The notes beneath the pieces were generated by a model, which was not told where the DNA came from, made no database searches, and worked only from the letters and a program-made list of their open reading frames with translations. The translations under genes were made by a program, and so were the position numbers. A stretch of 63,575 nucleotides of DNA, the filler included, from Hausera hauseri (Eukaryota): the NCBI GenBank assembly GCA_046269625.1. It is 12 parts of 12 records of this genome, joined end to end, with 100 filler letters (N's around TTAATTAATTAA, not from the genome) between each part and the next. Parts side by side here need not be neighbours in the genome. Positions count along the whole stretch, not along the records: positions 36,517 to 40,884 come from JBJURY010614110.1; positions 40,985 to 46,067 come from JBJURY010341379.1; positions 46,168 to 50,347 come from JBJURY010717102.1; positions 50,448 to 54,726 come from JBJURY010661108.1; 8 more parts are not named here. The stretch is one strand, 5' to 3'. Positions 38,641 through 50,503 of the stretch are shown here, piece after piece; the stretch's first letter is position 1; the number at the start of each line of letters is the position of its first letter.

Positions 38641-40339
38641 GATGCTTTCTTTTTTGGTGATAAATTATGTGATCGACTACGTGAGGACGTGGAACTGCGT
38701 CGGCTTAAAGAACCACCTCTGCTGAGGTTAAGACTAGTATCTCTTGTAATCGATGTTTTAAGTAGAAAAAATTCTCATACGAATTACCTAGCGAAAGAAA
38801 TAATTACAATTCGCCAAGAAATTTATCGATGATATTTTCAGATAAAATTGTTCGAAGAAATTGAGATAATTTAAAGAAACAGGACACTTTCGTAGAGGCG
38901 ACTTTGACGAGTTATGAAGCACATTTCCGATGAATAGAAATATTTCACTTCGAGATTTAGCCAAGGCTAAACATCTTGAGCCGGATCGAACTGAATGATA
39001 GTTATCAGATAATTCACCAATGCCTGATCAAAAATGACTTTTCAAATCACAAAAATGTACAATTAACCTCTTAAATGCAGCAGTTATTGATAAAGTGTCC
39101 CTAAAGAACATACGTAGATCTCGACTAACTTTCCGAATATTACGAGAATGGTTCGCAATAAAATCATCAACAAACAATACTCGTTTGCATAATGATGTAA
39201 TGTATTGTTCGTTTAAGCCAATTCTTTGTTGGAAAGTGTCGTTTAATAGGCAAAACAAAATTGATTCTGGTACAACTTTACAAATAGCACATATACATGA
39301 TCGAGTAATCCATTTGAGCATACCTAAACTGAGCATATCTTGATGACACTTCAATAAAATGCTGTTTGTTCCGGTGGATACGAAATAGCAGCATTCGATA
39401 CGTCAGTTGTTTGACTTTCAACTTGCATTTCAAATTGATAACCACTTAGTTCGTCAGTTGTCGCCACCTGCCCAGTATCAATCAGCATCTAATAATCGGT
39501 TTGATTCGTTGCGTCTTGTACGTTAACTTGTAAGAATTCTAAATTCTCGTCAGGATTGAATTGGACAGTCGAACTTTGTCGTGTTCTGCGCCTTGTAAGT
39601 AACTTAAATAATCCACGAAGACAAAACGCTAGACAAAATCGTCGCCTAGGCATATCATCAACCGCCTTTCTTTGTAGCACAATTCGACTTTAAAACGGTA
39701 TCAACTTCTCCGATCACCACCTTTCAAATAAACAAACTTTATACATGATCCATACGGTTAGTGTTACAAACAATAATCAATTATCACCACCATCAAAAGT
39801 TCATTCGACATGTGAACGTGTTTGCAAAGCAAAAGAACCAATCTGAATTTTTGTTTCTCACTTAAATCGATTAACAACATCGATAGAATTCATTAAAAAC
39901 AAAATAAAATTACACTTTGATAAATCTCAAGAAATTAATTTGCAACTATTATTTCATAACAATCCAATTTTAGATCATAACATTTGCAAATTTAAAATGA
40001 CAAAACCGTGCATTCTATACCATGCATTTATTAATGTTTTGTTGAGAAAACGATAATTGCATATGTACCGATTTCGAATGCGGAACGGCTGCAAAAGACG
40101 ATGAGGAATTCCTTTCAAACACTGAATAAAAGGCATTCGGCGGTAAACTAGTTGTACATTGAGATTGAACACGCAATTTCTCACTGTTTGCCACGTTGAT
40201 ATTCGATTCGTAAACACAAAATGTACTACTACGTCTGCAGTTGAAATCCGAACATGAATGTCGGGCCATTTTGTCGTAATTTTTTGAATTCTTTTGAGGC
40301 GGAAGATCGAGGCCGTGCCCAACCAAATGGGCCAAAAGG

Positions 40340-40884
40340 GATCGGCTGCTGTGGTTTTTAAGCTAATGGTTTTTACTGCCAATTCGCTCCTGGTCCACCA
40401 TGGTGCTGCAACCGGTTTCATAAGCCTGTAGGTAGCTGTCAAACTGCAAGTCGGTCTGCTTGAGATTTATGCCTTGCATTTGAGGACTAGTTTGGTTTGG
40501 GTTTTGAGGGCATAAGATTTCGGCCGTAGAAAAATCGTCTCAGGATACTGAACGCAGCCCTTGCTCTCATCTTTAAATTTGCCAATTACAGCTGCGAGAC
40601 GAGTTGAGTACTTCGGATCACTCGTGTCATAGTTCGATGTATATAACTGTTCGTTTGCTATCATTGCCGGTAAAAGTTGCGATTTTAAGTCCGCAGCACA
40701 GCATTCGATGAAAAAACTATCTGTCACTAGCAACAATATTTAACTCGCAATTAAACTGGTGCCTATATGTCTGCAAGTCAATATAATTCAACTCACATCC
40801 GTAAATTGGATAGATCAAGTACGGCCTGACCGATGTATGATGGCCTATCTAATGTGACCATATCTTTATCGAGGAGAACGGCAA
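40340..40884 (-). pseudogene. Third pPolB fragment (C-terminal), paralogous to 33980-34600
   Basis: LDRPSYIGQAVLDL, TDSFF, TSNY, IGKFKDESKG, IFLRPKSY, RIGSKNHQL. Confidence 0.9.
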
Positions 40885-40984
40885 NNNNNNNNNNNNNNNN
40901 NNNNNNNNNNNNNNNNNNNNNNNNNNNNTTAATTAATTAANNNNNNNNNNNNNNNNNNNNNNNNNNNNNNNNNNNNNNNNNNNN

Positions 40985-43690
40985 GTCTGCGCAGCATTCC
41001 GTAGGCCAAAAGGCATGTACAGATATTCGTAGAGGCCAAAAGGAGTAGTGGCGGCTGTTTTCTCGATATCCTCAAGTGCCACAGTAATTTCGTGGTAGGC
41101 TTTGGATAAATCAATAGTAGAATAAATTGTAGTTGAATCGAGACGGTGTAAGATATCCTTAATGAGTGGCAACGGGTATGCATCCATTATGGTCAGAGTG
41201 TTCAACTGGCGATAATCTCCACATGGTCTAAAAGTTTCATCCTTCTTTTGCACGACATGCAATGGCGAAGACCACTGGGATTTGGAGCTACATACAATGC
41301 CGGAGCGTTCGAGGTCTAGAAATTCGGCTTCAACGGCCTGTCTACGACGAGGAGACAATGGACATACTTTCTGGCAGATAGGTCTCTGATGTTGTGTTAT
41401 AATGTAGTGAAAAATGGTATTTGATGGTGTAAAAGACCTGTCTTTTTGAATAATCCTAGAACAAGATACGTTGATGAATTGCTGCAGACTTGNNNNNNNN
41501 NNCGAGATTTTACCAGGAACTGGTTGTATCGGTAACAGTAGCAATTTGGGCGTTATTTGGTGATCGAAAATTAAGTGGTATTCGATGCAGGATGGTAGTA
41601 TTGAAGATGGTAGTGTTACCCAGTGATTTGGTAGTGGTAACGGGTTAACGTTCATCACAGTGCAATCTCCAATCATCAGTAATATCGTTTTTTAATAATT
41701 TATGAAACAAATTGCCATGATTGTAAAAAAATGGTTTGTGCAACGGTTTTTTAATATCGATTTTCGACTCGCATTTACTCGCACAACAGAGGAAATGGTA
41801 TTGACGTGATCGAATCGGTTCTTATTGCAACCACTTGTTAAGCAACGTTGTTTGTAATCGACGGAGATTATAGTGCGAAAGAAAGTCGGATCCTAAAATG
41901 TCTGTCTGGACGTTTGCAAGGATAAACGTCCAGTGGAACGTTTGCGTAAATTTCGGAAGGGTAAAAGAAAGCCTACATGTACTGGAAACATGCATCGGTT
42001 GTCCGGAAGCTGTAAATAGAGGTTTATTTTTGGATGAAGTGTGTTGAGTTGAAAAGGTGAGCGGCAGTAAAGAAATCGTTGCACCTGAATCGATAAGGAA
42101 GTCTATGTGGCGTGATGTTGGTAACGTAGTTACTGCTTTTAATGCAAATATGACGAAAGAGACTTTTCGGCTGGTAGAAACTGGAGAATGGCCTTCGTCA
42201 AAACTCGCCGTAAGCTCTAACGGTGGCATTATTTTTTGGCAGTAGTGAACTTGGGCGGCTGTTAAAAGGTAAGAAAGAAAGTCCGACGTTTGTATGTTGA
42301 GTGTTGCTTCTAAAGGTATAACCAGGAATACACTTATGCGCATCATATTTAAATTTTGCGTGGTAAATGCAAATAGCATTGTTAACGTGATACTTTTGGG
42401 TGTAAAAGCGGCACCCGAGATGATATTTTTGCGCTTAATGAGCAAACCTATCATGGTAAAAACAGATCCGCGATCGTGCCGGAGAAGGTGATCGACCTCT
42501 ACGTACAGAGCGTGTGCGATCGTAGGTGGAACACTTTCGTTGAGTCATAACGATTTCATTTAATCTCTTGTTGATATTGTTTATCGAATAATGTAGGGCT
42601 GTGTTTTCCGCTCGCAACTGTTGTATTTGAGATTCTAATGTATTATCGTTTGCTGTAAGTGCTGTAGAAATGATAGGTTGTGTTAAGATGTAAAACCTCG
42701 TACGTTTTGTCTGCAAGTTCGGATAACTTATCTAGTTCTGTCGATTCCTCGACGACGGTAAGGAAGGCCTTGATCTGAATCGGTAATGCTTTGAGAAAGT
42801 AACGTCATAAGAGATCGGAATTATTTTGTTTTGTAACGCCGAGTGTTTGCAGTTGAGAGAGAGAGGTTCTGAGAAAATCGGATGGTTTTTGTGTACCCAT
42901 AGCGTTATCATTGAAGAGTCTGTGAATTATGGAATCCAGACGGTTCCGCGAGTTTTAAAACTGCATTATAGAGATTGGTGTATGGGTCGGATTGTTGAAA
43001 GATGTCTAAAATATTGTGAATATAAGTCTTTACTGTGGTTGGTAAGAGACAAAGTATGCTATGAGCTTTGGCTGAGTGATCGATAATACTGTTAGACTGC
43101 AGCCAAAGTTTGTGAAAGTTCAGCCGTGTTTTTCTGGACTTTCCATGGTCGATAAAATATTCTGTGCACTGAGAAGAAGCGTGTTTGGCTGGAGGTATAG
43201 TAGGAGTATAAGTGTTAAAAGTAGATAGTGTGGCGACGGTTGTTGATTTATGGAAAAAGGTTAAGGGTGTTAATCTAAAGTTAATTTTATCAGTAGTGAC
43301 AATGGTGAGTGAAGAATTCATGCCACCGCGGATACAAATGTTTATGTGAATAATAATATATTGTGTTCAAGGGACTGAAAGGTTACGAAAATTGACATTA
43401 ATTACAGGTAAGTTGTTGTGAGATAAAACTCAGAGATGTTAGAGAAGTGTAGTACATAATTGTGCAAGTAGGATGCGTCTATAAAATGTGTTGTTCTTTG
43501 TGCGAGTAAATGGCAATTATTGAGGAAGAATAAAAAGGAAAGAGTCGGTGTGAGCCCTAGTGGTTGATGTAGTGACGGAATAGACCATGACGTGGGACCC
43601 ACTGACAGAACAGATGGCCGGGCAGTCTGTCACACTGATGCACACAAAAATCCGGGGAGACCGACTACCCTCCGGTGGGTCCAGTCAAAA
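40985..43690 (-). mobile_element. Degraded CsRn1-like Ty3/Gypsy element (5' part: leader, gag, PR, RT), same family as 1726-6251
   Basis: Gag CFYHDRFAH*AQKYHLGC (C-x2-H-x9-[C>Y]-x3-C), protease FLIDSGATISLLP, ILGSDFL, RT SPLHVVQKKDETFRPCGDYR..MPFGLRNAAQ. Cut at the linker. Confidence 0.92.
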
Positions 43691-43699
43691 ATACAAACC

Positions 43700-45739
43700 T
43701 CAATTTTGGTTTGTATCTGTTATCTGAAAATTTTGTCGAAAAAGGTAGCAATTCATTTCCAATGAGTTGTGTACGGGTGCAAAACTGCGTAGCAGTCCAG
43801 TGGGAAAAGGCGAAACAACATGTGGATGGAACATGTCGGAATATATCATAATTTTCCCGTCATCGTCAAAAGGTTCAATGGTAATAAAACTCCGACATCG
43901 CTGAAAATCAAGTATGGAACAGAATGTTGCAAACTTGGAGTGCCTTTCAATTTCATGGAAGAAAACTCCAAAAATTAGCTTCAACTTCACGTACAAAGTA
44001 TGTTGGTAGGGAATTAAAAGGTGGGTCACAGTTTCGAAACATTTCTCGGAATTGGTACAGGTGTAAAATAAGTGGAACAACGTAGCTCTCCATGCGGATC
44101 AATTGTAATATACCATGCCAGCGAGTTGAAAATTTGTATCGACGACAATGAACAATTCTTTAAGAAAGTCAAGGAGGAAATTTCCTAATGTAAATATCGA
44201 ATCGTGATAGAAGTTTCGGTAGAAGATTGAATCAATACAGTTTACGCTAAACGATAGGGTTTGAAGGGACATAAAGGGTTGATCTTGCGAAAGAATATAC
44301 CAATGTGTTAATAACGATACACCAATGTTCTTAAATTGTAAAAAGGCACAAAGCAGGTCGTGAACGAAATACTTGAAGGTATTATGAGAATAATACAAGT
44401 TAAGGATTGTTGACAACGATCGTAAGATACCGTTAGGCCGCAATACGGAAATGGCAATATCGGAATACTACAAAATACTTTGTACTAACGGAGATTAAAG
44501 ATCGTACACAAAAAATATGGCAACCAGAGGAAGTAACATTTATCTGGAAAAGATATGGAAAAAGCAATTGCTGACAAATCTGCACACAACAGTCACTCTT
44601 ACCCCATCGTGCACCAGTATCTGTTTAATGCTGTCCTTTGGATCTGCGAAACCACTCTTATTCAACGATGGCATTCGAAGGAACGGTCGAATTTTCGATA
44701 AAACATTTTCATCATGCCGAATTGGAAGTATTTGGAATTCGTAGGCACTGCAAAGAAGTTTTAAAAACCCTAATATTTGTGAACTGGACCGCAGTGATTT
44801 TCTGAACATTTCGATTGTAGCATAATGAATGTAATAAAATGCAGCGATCAGTCCCAACTTATTTGGCGGTACATCAATATCGTCCCACTGAACGATGTTG
44901 AATAAACTTTCATTGGCATTTTCTGCATTTTCGAAGTATGAAAGAAGCTTCGGTGTAACGATATTCCAAATAGGAGGCAAATTGTCGTGGAGAATATAAA
45001 CAAGCACTTTCATGGTCTTGATTATACTCAACCCTCTGTAGTTGTTTGATAAGGGAATCCCAACAAGAACCTGTAATCTGGCGAAAAGAAATTGCGGCTG
45101 AGGAATATTGACTCGAGTGTCGTAGTCTATAAGGTAATCAATGTTATCGTATACATCCTTAGATTCTAGTATCTTATCATCAGCACTGTTACTTCCATCG
45201 ATAGCACTGACACTTCCATCGATAGCACTGATACTAACTGTTGAAAATAAATTATGTACATGGTTGCAAATGACACCAAGCCATTGACATTTCGCTAAAT
45301 CCGCTTGGGAGTTTTCCCTGCTTATTATTTCAGTGAAGTTATCAAAACTGGTAGGATCCGGTTTAATGGATGACAAGGAATCCAATGCTTTAATTAAAAT
45401 GCATTTTAGAATACTGAACACAGCATTAATTCGATCAGTCTTCTCGTTATTTTGCTGCTCAGTTCTATCAACGTTCAACTGTTGAGGAGCAGTTTCAAAT
45501 ATATCCTTTAACGGTACGGTAAAATGTTCGTCACAAGAGTCGTAGAATCTTATTCGAAAAGTAGGATCTTTGGGACTGAGCGTGAATTTAAACTCAACAT
45601 GCTGCGATTCAAACGGATAATATCGACTATACTTTCCCATCTTTCCTAAGACTTTAAATGTGGGGCGATTTACTTGATCGCTGTTACATCTGAAGCTCTG
45701 GAACATTGCAAACATAATATCTCCACGAACTGGATACAT
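43700..45739 (-). CDS. Unknown multicopy-family gene: 399-aa open portion (44540-45739) plus degraded 3' part
   Basis: Long ORF with no recognisable domain. LVHDGVRVTVVCRFV..FFHI and the following segment align by eye to 59443-60330. Confidence 0.55.
45191..45231. repeat. In-frame 21-bp tandem duplication (SAIDGSV/SAIDGSN)
   Basis: ACTTCCATCGATAGCACTGA occurs at 45191 and 45212. Confidence 0.95.
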
Positions 45740-46167
45740 ATTTTGATATCAATAATCCGGAAGCATGTTGTTAACGCATAAATGTCACGTTCTTAAACCC
45801 TGTTGCATGATAAAACGTGAGTGAGAGGTTCCGTCAATAGCAATAAATGAGGTAGTAATGTACTAAGTCTCACGGGAACGATAACGCAAAGTTCACCGAG
45901 CAAATCCCGTACTTAATTTGTATGCGGTGATCTTGACAAAGCGCTCAAACCCTTCAACATCTGTTGTAGCAAAGGCAAAAACTCCCTATATAGTCTTTTA
46001 TGAGCTCCAACAACAACTGAATTAAATAAATAGCGTAAAAGGCACATGAAACTACTGGGATCTTTTGNNNNNNNNNNNNNNNNNNNNNNNNNNNNNNNNN
46101 NNNNNNNNNNNTTAATTAATTAANNNNNNNNNNNNNNNNNNNNNNNNNNNNNNNNNNNNNNNNNNNN

Positions 46168-46412
46168 ATATTTTCATTCAGATTCATACATATGGTTACT
46201 GACTGAAGTTTTTCTATTTTGATATTTAGTGGTAAATCTGTTTCTACAATAGGTTTCTTACATCCCATAATACGACAATTGCCGCTTGGAAACATGACAA
46301 TTTTGTAATCTCTATAATTAAGAATACACTGTCTTGGTTTCCATTCGTTAAACTGGAGATGTTGGACATTTTTTGCATCTGTTTTCGCCTTGTAATTAAT
46401 ATTAACTAATAT
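46168..46412 (-). CDS. Divergent TATA-binding-protein-like ORF, partial (runs off the contig; ATA at the expected start)
   Basis: ILVNINYKAK...KPRQCILNYRDYKIVMFPSGNCRIMGCK...IKIEKLQSVTICMNL follows the TBP repeat pattern (NIV.T; LIF.SGK.V.TG.K; FKIQN.V...D). Confidence 0.62.
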
Positions 46413-46505
46413 TTTTAAAAAAATGTCGCAATTACATGTCTATTTATACTTATTTTCAACCAATCAGAATATATAAAGAAATTAATTCAGTTGAAAAGAA
46501 ATAAA
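46413..46505. promoter_or_regulatory. Compact divergent promoter candidate
   Basis: TATAAATA on the minus strand (46441-46448), CCAAT at 46460-46464, TATATAAAG at 46470-46478 and TCAGTT at 46487-46492, between two head-to-head ORFs. Confidence 0.5.
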
Positions 46506-47260
46506 ATGGAGCACTGTATACAAGTTGATACTGATGAAAATGGTAAGGTCATAATTATTGACCCCAATAGTATTATTGATGGAATTATTATGGAAGAAGA
46601 TGAATTTGAGGAATGTAATGACAAATCACCACTGATAAGCGTATAATTTTATGTACAATTTACTTGATTTAATTATTTTAATAGGATTGTGAAAGTTCAG
46701 AAGAGAGTAAAAATAATGTTGATAGAATTATTATGGAAGAAGAAGAATGTAATGACAAATACTCATTGATAAGCGTATATTTTTATGTATAAACTACTTG
46801 ACTTAATTATTTAATAGGATTGTGAAAGTTCAGAAGAGTGTAAAAATGATGATGGACTTATTATGGAAGAATGTAATGTCAAATCCACATTGATAAGCGT
46901 ATAATTTTATGTACAATATACTTGACTTAATTATTTTAATATGATTGTGTAAGTTCAGAAGGCAGTAAAAATAAAAGACCATTTGATGAATATGTAGATC
47001 AACTAGCAATGATCTACCAGTCTAATGCCCTTGCTACTAAAATTAACACTTATGAAAAGGATTTTGATATTAGCAATCTTCTTAAACAATTAACAGATAC
47101 AATTGAAAGTGGTATATTTCACAAATTAAGAATTATGTCTGAAGCCACATTGCCAACAACTGTACGAGTACATGTTGAATTATTCACTAGATGTATGATC
47201 ATTTATGATATCATAATAAATGTTGGTGCAAAAGCGATGGAACGAAAAAAGACTTTATAA
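46506..47260 (+). CDS. Four-exon acidic protein built from a triplicated exon-intron unit
   Basis: Exons 46506-46640, 46685-46774, 46818-46898, 46943-47260. Phase-0 introns of 44, 43 and 44 nt; the third ends AT rather than AG. AATAAA at ~47305. Confidence 0.6.
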
Positions 47261-48077
47261 AAAGACTTGTATGTTTAGTAAACTGTTATATGTAGTTGTT
47301 ACGAAATAAAACTTTTATATGTGTTTATGTGTTCTTAATTTTATAGCCATAAAAAGAACAAGTCACTAAATACAAGATTTATTACAAATATCGTACTTAA
47401 CAAAGTTACTAATTACATTGTTTAGTTCTTTTTGACTGTTTTCCAATTCTTCTACCATTTTGATTATTTTATCAATCACCGGAGTAACAAATCAGTCTTC
47501 TTCGTACTACCTCCAACAGAACCTCGGGTGCTACATACGCAAAATCATCTGTCGTACAAAACAGAGCCTGCACTTCATGTAATCCTTGATGAATTTCTTC
47601 TTGTTTCAATGTTTTATCAATGCTCCATAAACTGTCATTTTCGATTGAAATAAAGCCAAGATATTTGAACTATCTGGTTGAGACATTTTCACAAGTGACA
47701 CTTTTACACTAATATTTATAGTAGCTTTGTGAAATTAAAACAAAATTAAAAAAATTTTGGAGCGAAATTCAAATTTTGAAGTTCGGCTACAAAGCATACA
47801 GTACTCGTGCTTGTGCGTATCACTTTCATAACTGTGTGCCTCCTGTCTACGTCCTATTAATCGTGCGTGTATGTATCACTTTCTCTACCCCGTGAATCAT
47901 TTGCGAACCACATCGATTTTTCTCCGTGGGCCGAGCTTTGATGCTGTGTACTAACATCCATCTACTGATATTTATTCGGAAATCTGAGATGGAAGACCCG
48001 AATTACAATGTGGCACTTCCTCCTTGTTCCCGCTTAAACAATTATCGAATTTTGACTCCATGGGACCTAAAAAAACT

Positions 48078-48965
48078 ATGGGAAGTCTGTACCAGTTGCA
48101 CTTTGGACCAATAATATTCGACATGCACTCGATCGATTTAAATTCTAATAGCACGGCGCATAGTGCATGGTATTTCCAATCGNNNNNNNNNNCACGCGGT
48201 GCCATGTGCTAATCATCAATATTGGCAATATCGGAAAACCGGTATTATTGATTTTTGCACACAGCACATGTACTGAGCACCTGCACAGTGCATATCAAGA
48301 TGCGCCTTGATGTGCACTATCGATTAGCATTTGGTTCCTTTCGATTCGATCAATTGTGCAATGGGCAGCTATCCATTTGTGAAATGTGCATAAATATGCA
48401 TAGCAACTGTACCTAACGGCATTGTTGCCTAAAACACTACCGATCGATAATTCTCCATGTGCACTATCGATTGGCACATGTGCAAATTGATTTATCGATT
48501 CGCACACACCCGGGGGCTGGTGCAGACTTCCCATTTTTATGCTACTGAAATCCACTTAATCGATTTAAATTCTAATTGCACATTCACATAATGCATCGTT
48601 TTTCCAATCGATTGCACCCGATGCCATGTGCTAATGATCAACATTGGAAATATCCGAAATCCGATATTACTGATTTTTGCACACTTGCACATGTGCAGTG
48701 CACATACGCAAGTGCACCAATCGAGGTGCATTAATGTGCACCATCGATTAGCACTTTGTCCCGATCGATTCAATCAATACAGCAGAGCGCAGCAATTAAT
48801 TTGTAAACTGTGCAAAAATGTGCTTAGTAACAGTGCCTAATGGCGCTGTTGCCTAGCACACTACTAATCGATAGTGTTCCATGTGCACTATCAATTGGTA
48901 CATGTGCAAAATTGATTTATCCATTACCTCCCCTCTACGCCGAATGGGACAGATTTCCCATTTTT
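48078..48965. repeat. Two ~428-bp tandem units rich in palindromic hexamers; first unit bounded by an 18-bp inverted repeat (MITE- or satellite-like)
   Basis: ATCGATTTAAATTCTAAT at 48132 and 48559. ATGGGAAGTCTGTACCAG (48078-48095) matches the reverse complement of 48517-48534 at 17/18. Confidence 0.85.
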
Positions 48966-50503
48966 CCCCTATTAACACTAACATTGATTTCCTTCCTTCA
49001 AGTTTTGAGATGTCAATTTTTAATAAACGGTGTTTCTTTTAATCAATTTTTTACATTTTCATCTCTAATCCTAAAACTTAAGTAATTCTAGTAACTAATA
49101 GATTTCAATGTTAAGTACTTTTAAAATATTTTTTGTTAACTTTGCATTTTAATTTTCCTAACTTTTCTCCTCGCTTTTCTGTATTTAAACAACTTTATAC
49201 TTTGGTTGAACCTTGTTGTCAAAATATGACTGCACCTTTTTGAAATTACTCATTATTTAATACACATGTTATGAAAAATCATGTAGGATGTTAGATTGTA
49301 TAAGTACAAGTAAAACGAAATTTGAACAATACATTTTTGATAATTTTCATGCTACAAACAGGACTCAACTATTTATAAAAAATATTGAAAAATTGAACTA
49401 AACCAATGATTTTTACTGAAAGTTACGGCAAAAAGAATAAATTGTATTTAACTATTATGTAATCAAGAAATAAAAAATCCCGTAAAGCGCAAACATGTCC
49501 AAAAGCTCATATTGGTTTTTGAAATATCTATTATCAGGAGTTCATGATTTATTGAAATTATCCTGGACTCTACTGGATCACAAATTGCCGGACTACTTAT
49601 GTCAAAACGTAGGTATAATTTACATGCAATAACTCCTCTGAACAATTATTAAATTATATTAATTGGCAATATTGAAAGCTCTCGTGACTGTCTTTCCAAA
49701 TTTAAAAACCGCTTTAAAATTGATAAACCCAGTGAAAAATTATAGAGCAATAAAATGAAGAGATTTTCCACAAATTCCAAATTTGACGAATTTAATAACT
49801 TATACGGCATAAACCGTTCGTTCAATTTCAAAAATGTTTTATATCTAAAACCGCTAGTGTTATGGCTCTATAATAAAATAGTTTTCAAGCATTTATCTAA
49901 AAATTCATTTTTTCTGAATTTTGGAAAAAATTTTGGTTCTTGTCCCACTGTTTAATGACCGGATGAATAAATATGTACGAATTTCTGGAAAAAATAGTCA
50001 ATCTGATCGGAATTGTTGCAGGTGGTATGTAGATGACGCATATGACCAAGTGACTGCTCATGAACGGTTGGTGGGTAACTAACAAAGAAACAAATTTTAC
50101 TGTAAATGTACAATTTTTATAACATAGTCAGAGAGGCGTGCAAAATATAATGCTGATTAATACTATGAAAAAAATTATGCCGACAAAGCTATAATAACGC
50201 ATTTTGGAGCCTTGAAATGCAGTACCATTTCGCACTTGTTCAAATCCCTCCCACAATGTTTAGAAATTTGGAATTTTGACCACATTTTTATTACTTTTCT
50301 CATATAAATGTTCTTTTAATATTCGATTTATCGATATTTTGTGAATCNNNNNNNNNNNNNNNNNNNNNNNNNNNNNNNNNNNNNNNNNNNNTTAATTAAT
50401 TAANNNNNNNNNNNNNNNNNNNNNNNNNNNNNNNNNNNNNNNNNNNNAACGGGTAATTTTCAATGACGATTATCGTTCGTAACCAACGTCGATTTTCTGA
50501 CAG

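Noticed and set aside
20830-40884. Reading the capsid block, pPolB and other fragments as one contiguous ~20-kb Maverick
   Set aside because: The pieces lie on different contigs separated by linkers and by unrelated sequence, and the pPolB fragments overlap in domain content, so they come from multiple elements.
49450-50100. Possible mitochondrial insert (rRNA- or cox3-like words) or LINE endonuclease (VIYIPP)
   Set aside because: Only isolated few-residue resemblances; no consistent frame or conserved rRNA block could be confirmed by eye.
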